From a virus: 64,000 bases of DNA. Position numbers and translations under genes: made by a program. Below, piece by piece: positions 9,853-19,093 of the stretch. Below the pieces are notes generated by a model. That model ran no database searches and was not told where the DNA came from. It saw only the letters and a list, made by a program, of their open reading frames with translations. The stretch spans positions 1 through 64,000 of the IMG/VR virus record IMGVR_UViG_3300049847_000435. One strand, given 5' to 3'. The stretch's first letter is position 1, and each line of letters begins with the position of its first letter.

Positions 9853-9893
9853 TTATTCTCCTGGAGGAGAACGGTAGCGTCAAAGGGGTTAGC

Positions 9894-10964
9894 ATGGATA
9901 CATTCGGTGGTGTGCGTAGGGATCAATTTAATTTCAAACCGCCATTTCCGTGGTTTGGAGGAAAATCACGCTGTTCTAATGAAGTCTGGAAAAGGTTCGG
10001 CAACGTCCCAAACTACGTCGAACCTTTCGCCGGATCGTTGGCTGTCATGCTCAATCGACCGCATGAAGCCAAAACCGAGTCGGTCAACGATATCGACTGT
10101 TACTTGGCTAATTTTTGGCGGGCGCTCAAATGCGATCCGGATGGTCTGGCTGAGTGGGCAGACCATCCGATCAATGAAGCCGATCTCCACGCCAGACATC
10201 TGTGGCTGCTTGGCCGCGAAGAGTTTCGGCAGAAGATGAAAACCGATCCGGATTTCTTCGATGTGAAAATTGCAGGATGGTGGGTGTGGGGTATCTGCCA
10301 GTGGATCGGTAGTGGTTGGTGTGCGGAGGATTACTATTATGACGCATCCCAGAAACTTCCCCACATGGGCGACGCGGGCATGGGGGTACACCGACCATCC
10401 CAGCAACTGCCGCACATGGGCGACGCGGGCATGGGGGTACACCGACCATCCCAGCAACTGCCGCACATGGGTAACGCGGGCATGGGGGTACACCGACCAT
10501 CCCAGAAACTTCCCCACATGGGTAACGCGGGCATGGGGGTACATGACTATCTGCAATCGCTATCGGATCGCCTTCGTCGTGTTCGGGTCGCTTGTGGCGA
10601 TTGGTCTAGAGTGCTAGGTGATAGCGTAACGATCAAGCATGGGATTACAGGGGTGTTTCTCGATCCTCCATATTCGCACGATATCCGAGACGACGACCTG
10701 TACGCTTGCGATCACGATGTCGCTGTCGATGTGCGAAAGTGGGCAATTGAAAATGGCGACAATCCAGCGCTCAGGATTGCACTATGCGGCTACGTTGGCG
10801 AACATGATATGCCGGGTTGGTCGGCGTATCAATGGAAAGCAGCGGGCGGATACGGATCGCAAGGCGATGGGGAAGGCAGGGAAAACGCCAACAAGGAATG
10901 TATCTGGTTTTCGCCGCATTGCATCAGGGACGACGGCTGGAAACCGATGTCCCTCTTTGATTAA
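9894..10964 (+). CDS. DNA adenine methyltransferase (Dam/D12 class)
   Basis: PFPWFGGKS, YVEPFAGS, VNDID, FLDPPY; start chosen at the ATG with RBS. Confidence 0.9.
   Translation: MDTFGGVRRDQFNFKPPFPWFGGKSRCSNEVWKRFGNVPNYVEPFAGSLAVMLNRPHEAKTESVNDIDCYLANFWRALKCDPDGLAEWADHPINEADLHARHLWLLGREEFRQKMKTDPDFFDVKIAGWWVWGICQWIGSGWCAEDYYYDASQKLPHMGDAGMGVHRPSQQLPHMGDAGMGVHRPSQQLPHMGNAGMGVHRPSQKLPHMGNAGMGVHDYLQSLSDRLRRVRVACGDWSRVLGDSVTIKHGITGVFLDPPYSHDIRDDDLYACDHDVAVDVRKWAIENGDNPALRIALCGYVGEHDMPGWSAYQWKAAGGYGSQGDGEGRENANKECIWFSPHCIRDDGWKPMSLFD
10345..10543 (+). repeat. About 3.9 copies of an in-frame 51-bp tandem repeat
   Basis: Units start at 10345, 10396, 10447 and 10498 and encode SQ(K/Q)LPHMG(D/N)AGMGVHRP. 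Confidence 0.95.
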
Positions 10965-11006
10965 TGGTTAGTAATCGGTCAAAAAAAATCATAAAGGAAT
11001 AATCGC

Positions 11007-12254
11007 ATGAAAAGTAATACGAAGTTCTCGATCTCTGTTCTCGCAGCCATTTGCTCAGTATCGTTGTTTTGGGCTACCGCTCTGGCAGCCATTCAGCAAC
11101 CAGATCACCATATCAACGTAAGCGCTATCGCTTGCCGTCAAGCGGATGGTAGTTTTTGGGCGAATTGGGTATCCAAAACCTGGGACTACAATGGATCGGG
11201 CGGACTCAATTCAGACGTTTTGATCGAAAAAAGCGTAGATAGTGGACCGTGGCAAATTGTTGCACGTGGAGCATTTACGGATACGACCACACCAAAGCGT
11301 GAGCTTTCTGGAAGTTTCCAAACCGCAATCGGCATTCGCTCGCTTACTATCCGATCTGCAGCAATGGCGAAATGGGGAAATGGCGACGCGGGCGGTCAAT
11401 CAAACTCGTGGGCAGTTGCTTTACTTAATTGCCAACCCACCCCCACATCGACACCAAAGGGGAAACAGACCGAGCCAGCAACGATTACGCCGACAGCAAC
11501 GGCAACCAAAACCACAACAACCACAGCCACAGCGACGGAGACGGGCACAGCCACAGGAACATCTACCGCTACATCGACTGCAACTGTAACCGCTACCGCA
11601 ACAAAAACGCCCATGCCAACCCCAACTCAGATCGTTTGGGATGAAAGCGATCTGAGTGTCTCCTCTTTCTGTACTGACGGACTGCCGACTTTTATTATCA
11701 AAAATACCGGCAAGGATATGCAGGCAACAACGAAATGGTCACTGAGCGTAGATGGCACAGAGGTGATGTCTGGTGATGTACTGTTGGGTACTGGCGAGTC
11801 ATCCCGCATGGGCTTCGCTACGTACAAGGGCGCTCTCGTGCTCACGGTAACGCAACGACCCGGCTATCCAAGCGTATCGACGGCATCCGCGCAAATTGAT
11901 ACCGAAGGCTGTGCGACCGAGCCGACCGCGATTCGAGACACGAGCGAGCCTGCTGCACTCATCTATATCGGAACCTCCTATAATTCCGAGAATGAACCCT
12001 ACGCAAACTACAAAATCGCTTGTGGCGCGTATAGCGGAGATGTTCGGGTTGAGTTAAAATTTGCAGACGGGGCAGTGTACATGCCGGGTGATATGAAGTG
12101 CGAAAGTACAGTGATCGTACCGCAATACACGAAGTTGATTGTGTTGTATGATGGCGACGGCAAGAAGTTATCCGAGAAGGTGCCGCCGATTGACATTTCG
12201 ACCCCGCCATCGTTTTTGGAACGGGCGATCTATTTGCCGATTGTGGTGAAATAA
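11007..12254 (+). CDS. Secreted/surface protein with Thr-rich linker and C-terminal YLPIV motif
   Basis: Signal peptide, long T/A/P linker, ends in AIYLPIVVK. Confidence 0.75.
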   Translation: MKSNTKFSISVLAAICSVSLFWATALAAIQQPDHHINVSAIACRQADGSFWANWVSKTWDYNGSGGLNSDVLIEKSVDSGPWQIVARGAFTDTTTPKRELSGSFQTAIGIRSLTIRSAAMAKWGNGDAGGQSNSWAVALLNCQPTPTSTPKGKQTEPATITPTATATKTTTTTATATETGTATGTSTATSTATVTATATKTPMPTPTQIVWDESDLSVSSFCTDGLPTFIIKNTGKDMQATTKWSLSVDGTEVMSGDVLLGTGESSRMGFATYKGALVLTVTQRPGYPSVSTASAQIDTEGCATEPTAIRDTSEPAALIYIGTSYNSENEPYANYKIACGAYSGDVRVELKFADGAVYMPGDMKCESTVIVPQYTKLIVLYDGDGKKLSEKVPPIDISTPPSFLERAIYLPIVVK

Positions 12255-12262
12255 ACGCGACT

Positions 12263-12300
12263 TGATTGCCCGCGAGTCATCTCGCGGGCAATCATTTGTT
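12263..12300 (+). terminator. Intrinsic terminator
   Basis: 14-bp stem TGATTGCCCGCGAG/CTCGCGGGCAATCA followed by TTTGTT. Confidence 0.8.
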
Positions 12301-12320
12301 AATATGATGCAGGGGGGGCT

Positions 12321-12626
12321 ATGCTGATACGCAAAGAAAGTGTAGTGGTTTCCGATATTGTTCAGTGCGATTTCTGTGACAGAAACTCATCCGGCGGACG
12401 TATGGTTAAATGCATCGGGTGCGGGAAGGACTTGTGTCGCCATCATGTCGCTCGCGAAGACTGGTGTCACGATCCTGAAAATGTGGTATTTGTCTGCGCG
12501 GACTGCCGCCCATCGTTCTGTGAAATGAATTCTAAGACTGCCGATATTATTGAAAATGCCCATGCTGAAGCGGAATCGATCCTGTCGGCATGGAAGATAT
12601 ATCGAAGATTGGGCGGCAGCCAATAG
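12321..12626 (+). CDS. Zn-finger protein (paralog of 29899..30267)
   Basis: CDFCD...CIGCGKDLCRHH...CADC. Confidence 0.6.
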   Translation: MLIRKESVVVSDIVQCDFCDRNSSGGRMVKCIGCGKDLCRHHVAREDWCHDPENVVFVCADCRPSFCEMNSKTADIIENAHAEAESILSAWKIYRRLGGSQ

Positions 12627-12646
12627 AGATACGGGGGATGATACGT

Positions 12647-12922
12647 ATGAGACTAAAGCTTCTTGTACTTCACATTATTATCAATATGGCATTCTTCGCC
12701 ACAATGATCGTCTACTCCTATAACTTTGGCACGCCACGCGTCTACACCGACATCTACCCCATCTGGCTTGCATCGACGGCGTCCGCGTGCCTGCTACTGG
12801 TTCACTCCGTTAGTTTTGCGCTATACATGTACAATAAGGGCATTTACGCAATCAGAGGGGAGATTCCTAAACTCGGCGAACGCTTGAATAGTGAACCATC
12901 CCAGGGAAGTGAAGATGAGTAA
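12647..12922 (+). CDS. Small membrane protein
   Basis: Two hydrophobic segments. Confidence 0.5.
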   Translation: MRLKLLVLHIIINMAFFATMIVYSYNFGTPRVYTDIYPIWLASTASACLLLVHSVSFALYMYNKGIYAIRGEIPKLGERLNSEPSQGSEDE

Positions 12923-13265
12923 TCACTTTACGTTTACGTCAACAAGTAGCGCCAAAGAGCCGCTAACGATAGATAAATTGTCGGAAACAATCGATAGCCT
13001 CCGAGACTTACCCGTTAACGTCCGAAAGCTGCGCTATCTGACGTTGGAATTATCATCAATGCGCCCGATCATATCGCGTACGAGATCTTATGAAATGGTG
13101 ATCGTTCACCCGGCTGCGCTTAGTGATTTTCTGTCGCAATTTGAAATGTCGGGCAATCAACTGTCACTCCCGGTACTTACCCCGGCTACGGACGGGGAAT
13201 GGATGGAGTGGTGCATGGAATTGTCTGTGGAAATGAAAGAGAGGATGGAATGGAGCGAGAAATGA
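12915..13265 (+). CDS. Hypothetical protein
   Basis: Translationally coupled ORF in the operon. Confidence 0.5.
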   Translation: MSNHFTFTSTSSAKEPLTIDKLSETIDSLRDLPVNVRKLRYLTLELSSMRPIISRTRSYEMVIVHPAALSDFLSQFEMSGNQLSLPVLTPATDGEWMEWCMELSVEMKERMEWSEK

Positions 13266-13552
13266 AAGCAAAGCAAAGCGAAGTAACAGACGAAGAGCAG
13301 AAGGAACTACACAAAGGACTGGTACAAGAATTAACGGTCATCTACTCTAGGGAGATCGGCGACATGACCAAGCTGACCGCTATGAATGTCGCTATTGATT
13401 TCTGCGTAGCCGCACTCGTTCATGTCTTTCAGTCAACCAACACGATCAAGGATTTAGAAGGAAAAACTATCGGAAGTGCAATAACTGGAAGAATCGATGC
13501 TTTAGTTGCACTAGTGAAAAGCAACAATCTTACCAGAGGGAAACAATCGTAA
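13262..13552 (+). CDS. Hypothetical protein
   Basis: ATGA overlap with the upstream ORF. Confidence 0.5.
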   Translation: MKAKQSEVTDEEQKELHKGLVQELTVIYSREIGDMTKLTAMNVAIDFCVAALVHVFQSTNTIKDLEGKTIGSAITGRIDALVALVKSNNLTRGKQS

Positions 13553-13574
13553 ATACGAAAACGTTTTCGTATTT
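13551..13574. repeat. 24-bp palindrome, copy 1
   Basis: AAATACGAAAACGTTTTCGTATTT between two convergent stop codons. Confidence 0.95.
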
Positions 13575-13782
13575 ACTCAACACAGCCCTTCGCGTCTACT
13601 CGCTCCACCCTCGTGGCGAGTAGACTACGTAAATCCTCGATAGTCAACGGAAAGCTCGTCTTTGCGTGCTTATCGTAGAGTCTAAGCGCCCCGTCCTCCA
13701 CTTTTGCCACTCTTGTCCCAAGCGGACTTAGCAGCCAGTTCTCCGTATCAATTCGCCACTCAAATCGAAATGGATTACTCAT
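13573..13782 (-). CDS. Hypothetical protein
   Basis: MSNPFRFEWRID..., coupled to the gpF-like gene. Confidence 0.5.
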   Translation of the reverse strand: MSNPFRFEWRIDTENWLLSPLGTRVAKVEDGALRLYDKHAKTSFPLTIEDLRSLLATRVERVDAKGCVE

Positions 13783-14416
13783 AACTGATTCTGTACTCCT
13801 TGTGGCATCGGCAGTTTGAATGCTTAGGTATTTCGTGCGTGCCCAACGGAACCCACCCTTGCGCTTCGGCATCCAAACAGAGATTGCACGCTCCAGGTTC
13901 GGTGCGTAACCATTCCTCCTGTACGCCAGCCCGCAACATTCTCCGATCCGACTCGCTTTGGTATTGCCCATACGCGTTGTCAGCATAGAGTGCGGCGCGT
14001 AGAATTGCCATTTCTGGAAGCACGTCGCCTTGCTCGAACTGACGCGTAAAGCGTGCCAGGTAACGGTACTCCTCGCGCAAATCGCGCCCCACGCGCCCAT
14101 ACAGCCGACCATCTGCCTGATCCCAGCCGCCAGCACCCAATACCGCCGTAGATAAGTGGAGATTCTTTAGCTGCTCCATCATTGCCCGTTGAAATAGAGA
14201 CGGAGTGATAGAGCCAAGGGTCATCGCCGCGGCAAGTGCGGCGAGCTGCTTATCTGTACGGCCGTACATCTCGCGCAGGTAGTCGGCGATCTCGCTATCG
14301 CTAACCAGCCGACCTATCGACCCGTCCGCATTCACGACGCGATACGCCCCGCCCGGCACACGCGTATCCCAAGCGTAGCCGGGCAGATCACCCGCGTACG
14401 GGGAATTCTGTGGCAT
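13775..14416 (-). CDS. Head morphogenesis protein, Mu gpF-like
   Basis: C-terminal ACNLC...GW....P.HSNCRC motif; downstream of the portal. Confidence 0.75.
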   Translation of the reverse strand: MPQNSPYAGDLPGYAWDTRVPGGAYRVVNADGSIGRLVSDSEIADYLREMYGRTDKQLAALAAAMTLGSITPSLFQRAMMEQLKNLHLSTAVLGAGGWDQADGRLYGRVGRDLREEYRYLARFTRQFEQGDVLPEMAILRAALYADNAYGQYQSESDRRMLRAGVQEEWLRTEPGACNLCLDAEAQGWVPLGTHEIPKHSNCRCHKEYRISYE

Positions 14417-14636
14417 CTAACATCCTTTTCAACTCATCAGGAATCGCCGGATTCACATACCATGCCGCAGCCGCCGACTCGGCGTCTACCGCGTCGATCC
14501 TTGCCATGCCTTTCGCTTTGCGCGTGCCGATGACCTGATTGCCAGCCTTATCGTCTTCCGAAACTAGCCATTCCGCGGTGGATGGCATAATCCCGGACTT
14601 AATTAGGAGCAGTACGCGCTCGTCTCTACTGAGCAT
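14388..14636 (-). CDS. Hypothetical protein between portal and gpF
   Basis: ATG overlapping the end of the portal gene. Confidence 0.45.
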   Translation of the reverse strand: MLSRDERVLLLIKSGIMPSTAEWLVSEDDKAGNQVIGTRKAKGMARIDAVDAESAAAAWYVNPAIPDELKRMLDATEFPVRG

Positions 14637-16035
14637 AGAATACCCGCTCGAAAATATCGGCGGCTTTGCTGAACTCACGCGTGGCCGTGCGCATTCTTGC
14701 CAGTTCACGTGACGATAAGGGTGACGACAAGCTTGCGTCAACTGGTAGATCGCCGGTGGTATCCATCGGCGATTGAGGGTCCGTTACTGGCTGCCCAAGC
14801 GGATCGCTGTTCGCTTCCGTCTCCGGCATCCCCACGATCTTGCGCAACCACAACGCGTCATCGTTCGGTGCGCCAACCAAGAAGGATTGTATTCCGCCCA
14901 GAAACGACAAAACCTCACTGCCCAACGCATTGACGCGACTAGGTACGATCTTCGGTAGCTGGGTGATATTTTTAGCGAGCGATGGATTCAGCGAAAAGAG
15001 ACGGGGGATTAAGTGCCGATTCAGAACGTCGGCAACCTCATCATTTGCCGCGTCGATTGCCGACTTGAACATCGTAATTAGCGGATCGGCTAGCGCACGC
15101 GAACCGGAACCGCTATTCCCAAGCTGCAAAAACTGAACTAGCCCAAGCATGAGCATCTGCCAGCGCAATTCTTTAATCTGCTCACGCAACTCGCCCGCAT
15201 TGCCATTAGTCACGGACTGCAAGGAGAATTCCACAACCGCGCCCGGATACTCGATGAATTGATTCTCGCCGATAGTCAGCTTGCGCCCCATCTCGCGTAC
15301 CATGCGAATTGACTCGGCGTCCGGGCGATTGACATACTTAAACGTCGGCACACCCACAAATGATCTTTGCGCTCCGATGCCATAGATGATCTCGAAGCCC
15401 TGGATCATGTGCCAAATCTTGTAGGCAGGCTCCAGCCAGCCGATCCCCTCCCATGACCCGCGGTCATCGCCGCCTATGAAGTGCAGCATTCGATCAATTG
15501 ACACGGGTGGCAATCTCCTGCCCGTAGACGGGTCAACCTGGATCATGGCTTGCGGCCCGCCATTCTCGTCTCGCTCCCAGGAATCAATTGTTTCCTGTCG
15601 GCGAATCGCCAGCTTGCGAATGCCGACCAAGCCGTCATTGTAAAGGCTAGCGGGCTTAGAGCCATTCGTGATCGATCCACTGCGGCGCTTGTAGACGACG
15701 TGCAAGTCGGCAAACCCAAACGCCTGGCACGAAAGCGCAAAGGAGAGCGAAGACCATAACGTGTGCGACATGTCTTCAAGGCATTGATCGACGAACTCGG
15801 CAGCGCGCTGGTCGCCTGGGGCATCCGTAGCGGGCACGGTTTTCCATGTCGCTTGTCTCGCTGCGAGGCGGATTGCGTTTTGCACGGTATAGGCGGCGGG
15901 CTCACGACGCAAGATGCGCGCCATAGTCTGAATTCCCTCCGGGCCTTGCAATTCAGTGAGGTAGCGGTCTGCTTCTCGCCCATTAAAGGACGGCACGCCA
16001 GTTACGCCCTGCTCAGTTCCGAAATTTGTAGCCAT
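14626..16035 (-). CDS. Portal protein (Mu gp29 / DUF935-like)
   Basis: AEFVDQCL, FGFA..HVVYK, LGNSGSGSRALAD, LNRHLIPRLF.LN, WLRKIVGMPE; GGAG RBS before ATG 16035. Confidence 0.85.
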   Translation of the reverse strand: MATNFGTEQGVTGVPSFNGREADRYLTELQGPEGIQTMARILRREPAAYTVQNAIRLAARQATWKTVPATDAPGDQRAAEFVDQCLEDMSHTLWSSLSFALSCQAFGFADLHVVYKRRSGSITNGSKPASLYNDGLVGIRKLAIRRQETIDSWERDENGGPQAMIQVDPSTGRRLPPVSIDRMLHFIGGDDRGSWEGIGWLEPAYKIWHMIQGFEIIYGIGAQRSFVGVPTFKYVNRPDAESIRMVREMGRKLTIGENQFIEYPGAVVEFSLQSVTNGNAGELREQIKELRWQMLMLGLVQFLQLGNSGSGSRALADPLITMFKSAIDAANDEVADVLNRHLIPRLFSLNPSLAKNITQLPKIVPSRVNALGSEVLSFLGGIQSFLVGAPNDDALWLRKIVGMPETEANSDPLGQPVTDPQSPMDTTGDLPVDASLSSPLSSRELARMRTATREFSKAADIFERVFYAQ

Positions 16036-16137
16036 AGCAACTCCATGAAAGACAGAAAACAACAGAGGCGCGGTGCGCAGAAAAATGAGAGGCGGATGTT
16101 TGACTCTGCGAAAACAGAGCGTATGCCTGTTTTCTAA

Positions 16138-16166
16138 ATCCTATCACGTTCGCCCACAAAAAGCAA
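16138..16166 (-). promoter_or_regulatory. Sigma70-type promoter for the portal operon
   Basis: TTGCTT-N17-TAGGAT with a TGn extended -10. Confidence 0.5.
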
Positions 16167-16203
16167 TCAGGATTATTAAATCCTGCGATTTATCGATGTT
16201 TTG

Positions 16204-16262
16204 TGTAATTTTACCTACATTATACACGATCTCTATAAGGTAAACTATAAATACATTTTAGG
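16204..16262 (+). promoter_or_regulatory. Repeated activator-type promoter, copy 2
   Basis: TGTA-N8-TACA-N21-TAAACT-ATAAATACATTTTAGG upstream of dnaN. Confidence 0.8.
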
Positions 16263-16283
16263 TTTCAAGTTAAAGAGAAATTA

Positions 16284-17459
16284 ATGCAATTTTCCATACT
16301 TCAACCAGCACTAAGGCAGGCGCTCACCCTCGCAGGTTCGCATTTAGGCAAAAGTGGCGTCTTCGGCATGGTCGCAATTGAGGCAATCGGTAACGAGTTG
16401 CGCGTGTCCGCGCGTAATCTAGATTCGGGCATCAACTGCTTCATGCCCGCCATTGTCACGCGTGCTGGTGGCATTCTCCTGCCAGAGAAACTACTCGCCG
16501 ATCTCGTCGGTAACTTTTCGCCCGAACGGGTAGATTTTGACCTCGATCCTAAAACGAGCCGCGTGAAAATTTCTTGCCAGCGTTCGGTGGCGACAATCCC
16601 CGGCGTGCCTTTGAAGGAGATGCCGGGGATAAGATCGCTTTACGCGGCAAATAAAGATTTTGCGGTTAGTGTCCCCGAACCCGATGCGCATCTTGCGTTC
16701 TTCGGGTTAGAGTCGCTTCGTATCGCAATTGAGTCCACAACGTTCGCCGCGTCGGATGACGATTCTCGCCCGACGCTCACCGGTATCGATTTGAGTTTGA
16801 GTGGAATCGCCGCTAAATTCGCCGCAACGGACGGGTATCGGCTATCCGTTGCCCAATCCGAATTAGAAGCGGAGTTTGGCGAAATGGTAAAAATGGTCAT
16901 TCCATCCAGCCGATTAGACCGACTGGTAAAGGTACTGGCGTTGGGAGATCGGGACAGCAGGGTGGACATGCTCTTCACTCGTAACTGGGCACTCTTTACC
17001 GTTCCTTGTAGCGGTAAATCGTCAATCTCTACGATTGAGATCGAGACGGCATTAATCGACGCTAAATTCCCGGATTACAACGGTATTATCCCGAAGAGTA
17101 GAACGAACGCCATCCGCGTCGAGCGAGACGAGTTAAAGAAGGCTTTGCGCGTGACCGGTCTCTATGCCCGCGACAACGCCAATATTGTGCGGTTCGTGCT
17201 CAACGATGGCGTTTTGAAGGTGACGGCAGAGTCAAGCGAGACAGGCAACTGCTCGGTTGAGGTTAACTTGATTGAGTGCGAGAGTCGAGAACCTTTGATG
17301 ATTGCATTTAATTACAAGTTTCTTGCCGACTACCTCGACCGCGCCGAGCCTGATCTTTGGATGGAATTTACGACATCCATGAAACCAGTGAAGATATCGT
17401 CGGTGGCGAGTAGGGATGGGAATGATTTTTACGTGTTGATGCCGATGCAGCCGAAATGA
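16284..17459 (+). CDS. dnaN: DNA polymerase III beta sliding clamp
   Basis: FAASDDDSRPTLTGI, AATDGYRLS, LIDAKFPDY..IIP, IAFNYKFL.DYL, YVLMPM. Confidence 0.95.
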   Translation: MQFSILQPALRQALTLAGSHLGKSGVFGMVAIEAIGNELRVSARNLDSGINCFMPAIVTRAGGILLPEKLLADLVGNFSPERVDFDLDPKTSRVKISCQRSVATIPGVPLKEMPGIRSLYAANKDFAVSVPEPDAHLAFFGLESLRIAIESTTFAASDDDSRPTLTGIDLSLSGIAAKFAATDGYRLSVAQSELEAEFGEMVKMVIPSSRLDRLVKVLALGDRDSRVDMLFTRNWALFTVPCSGKSSISTIEIETALIDAKFPDYNGIIPKSRTNAIRVERDELKKALRVTGLYARDNANIVRFVLNDGVLKVTAESSETGNCSVEVNLIECESREPLMIAFNYKFLADYLDRAEPDLWMEFTTSMKPVKISSVASRDGNDFYVLMPMQPK

Positions 17460-17475
17460 TAGCCCTGGTAAATTT

Positions 17476-19026
17476 ATGAAAAAGAAGATTAAATTTATAT
17501 CCCTATTCGCTGGCATTGGTGGTTTCGATCTCGCTTTCGAGCGTTCTGGCATGGAGTGTGCTGCCCAGGTTGAGATTGACAAGGATGCTCGGTTGCTATT
17601 AGGTCGCCGCTTTCCAAATGTTCAGCGGTTTGAGGACGTGAGGACGGTTGGGTCGCATAATCTGCCCGGCGATGTTGATGCCGTTTGTGGTGGCTTCCCA
17701 TGTCAAGGGCTTTCGATAGCCGGAAAACGCATGGGGTTAGCAGATAATCGGTCTGGTTTGTTTTGGGAAATGCTAAGGATAATTTATGAACTTCGTCCAA
17801 GAATTGTTGTGTTCGAGAATGTTCCCGGACTACTATCAACCTGCTCCTGTGCAAGCTGTGGACGTATTTGCGCAGCTTGCGGAAATACAGCCGGGGCAGA
17901 TGATGAATCGTGCGACGTTTGCGGAGGTTCTAAGTTCCGTGGACGAGTTTTACCAAGCCATCGCGGGGCAGACATGTACGCGGTCGTTTCCTCGCTTGGG
18001 CGGATCGGGTTTGATGGTTCGTGGCGCATACTGGACGCTCGGTATTTCGGAGTACCCCAACGAAGACGACGGATTTTTGGAGTCTTCGTTAATCGAGATT
18101 TTGGAGACATTCGAGGACTGGTCGGAGCGCCATGCGCTGATGAGCTATTCGGACCGGGTGAGCTATATTCAGGATTATTACTTGAGTCCGAAGGCCTGCG
18201 CCGGGATTCTGCGCCGGGCGCAGGTAATGGGAAAGGAGATCAAGGGGCAGTTGAAGGACGCTCTGGAGTCGGTGGCGAGTCAGTTGCGGGAACATGGATC
18301 GTAGGATCGTGCAATACGGATGAGAATAGCGCATGGGGCAATCATCTTACCGCCGACACATCGACCGCCAATTACGCAAACAATGGCGGTCGATCCGGTG
18401 GTAACGATTCTGCGCCGGTGCGAAATGTGGTCATGGATCGACCGCTTGCACTTGATGGAAGAAATCTCGATACGCACGAAATTTCACCGACTCTACAATC
18501 AAAGCAGGCTGGGGGCTATTCGCTCAACTATACGCCGATGGTCATGGATCGCCAGCTTGCCGCGCCACTCGTGGCGCGGCAAGCAAAGGGAGCGTTTACC
18601 GATCCGGTCAATGACAATATCATCGCCTTCTCGTCAAAAGACAGTGGGGGCGATGCTGCCGAAGATATAGCCCCAACGCTGAGGGCGCAGAATTTTGACA
18701 AGAGCCATATTAATGGCGGCGGGCAGATTGCGATCTGTCATGGATTCCAATCAAGTCAGTCGGGCGTGCGTACATCAGATGTCCATGCTACGCTCGACTC
18801 AAATAACGGTAGCCGACGCCATAATGGTGTGTTTTCCTCAGAACTCCACCATGCTCGCCGCCTCACCCCAACCGAGTGCGAGCGGCTTCAGGGGTTTCCC
18901 GATGGCTGGACGGCTGGGCAAAGCGACAGTGTTCGTTATCGGCAGCTTGGAAATGCGGTAGCCGTGCCGGTTGCCGAATGGATAGGCAGAAGAGTAGCTG
19001 CATATCTATCATCGGAGGCGTTGTGA
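17476..19026 (+). CDS. dcm: DNA cytosine-5 methyltransferase with a long variable region
   Basis: SLFAGIGG, GGFPCQ, FENVPG, PQRRRR, RRLTPTECERLQGFPD, RQLGNAV. Confidence 0.95.
   Translation: MKKKIKFISLFAGIGGFDLAFERSGMECAAQVEIDKDARLLLGRRFPNVQRFEDVRTVGSHNLPGDVDAVCGGFPCQGLSIAGKRMGLADNRSGLFWEMLRIIYELRPRIVVFENVPGLLSTCSCASCGRICAACGNTAGADDESCDVCGGSKFRGRVLPSHRGADMYAVVSSLGRIGFDGSWRILDARYFGVPQRRRRIFGVFVNRDFGDIRGLVGAPCADELFGPGELYSGLLLESEGLRRDSAPGAGNGKGDQGAVEGRSGVGGESVAGTWIVGSCNTDENSAWGNHLTADTSTANYANNGGRSGGNDSAPVRNVVMDRPLALDGRNLDTHEISPTLQSKQAGGYSLNYTPMVMDRQLAAPLVARQAKGAFTDPVNDNIIAFSSKDSGGDAAEDIAPTLRAQNFDKSHINGGGQIAICHGFQSSQSGVRTSDVHATLDSNNGSRRHNGVFSSELHHARRLTPTECERLQGFPDGWTAGQSDSVRYRQLGNAVAVPVAEWIGRRVAAYLSSEAL
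17786..18304 (+). CDS. Nested alternative-frame ORF resembling the M.EcoHK31I beta polypeptide
   Basis: RMFPD, SG.M.RG.YW, SSLIEILET, YYLSPKACAGILRRA; AAGGA RBS. Confidence 0.7.
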   Translation: MNFVQELLCSRMFPDYYQPAPVQAVDVFAQLAEIQPGQMMNRATFAEVLSSVDEFYQAIAGQTCTRSFPRLGGSGLMVRGAYWTLGISEYPNEDDGFLESSLIEILETFEDWSERHALMSYSDRVSYIQDYYLSPKACAGILRRAQVMGKEIKGQLKDALESVASQLREHGS

Positions 19027-19093
19027 TTGTAAAAATCTTAGACTTTCTAATTGATCAATTAATCCTATTACGCGACCGCATAGAAGTTACCAG

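Noticed and set aside
10345-10543. Possible CRISPR array
   Set aside because: Contiguous in-frame repeats with no unique spacers, and no cas genes
11440-11630. Thr-rich repeats as a DNA-level element (also at 55790-55915)
   Set aside because: Codons vary, as expected for ordinary low-complexity protein linkers
13551-13574. 24-bp palindrome as a PurR/LacI operator
   Set aside because: The core resembles one, but most copies are at gene 3' ends or convergent junctions, and no LacI-family gene is present; kept only as an alternative
6438-16035. Transposable Mu-like phage
   Set aside because: Only the head genes are Mu-like; no MuA/MuB is visible, and a tyrosine integrase and initiator/DnaC pair are present
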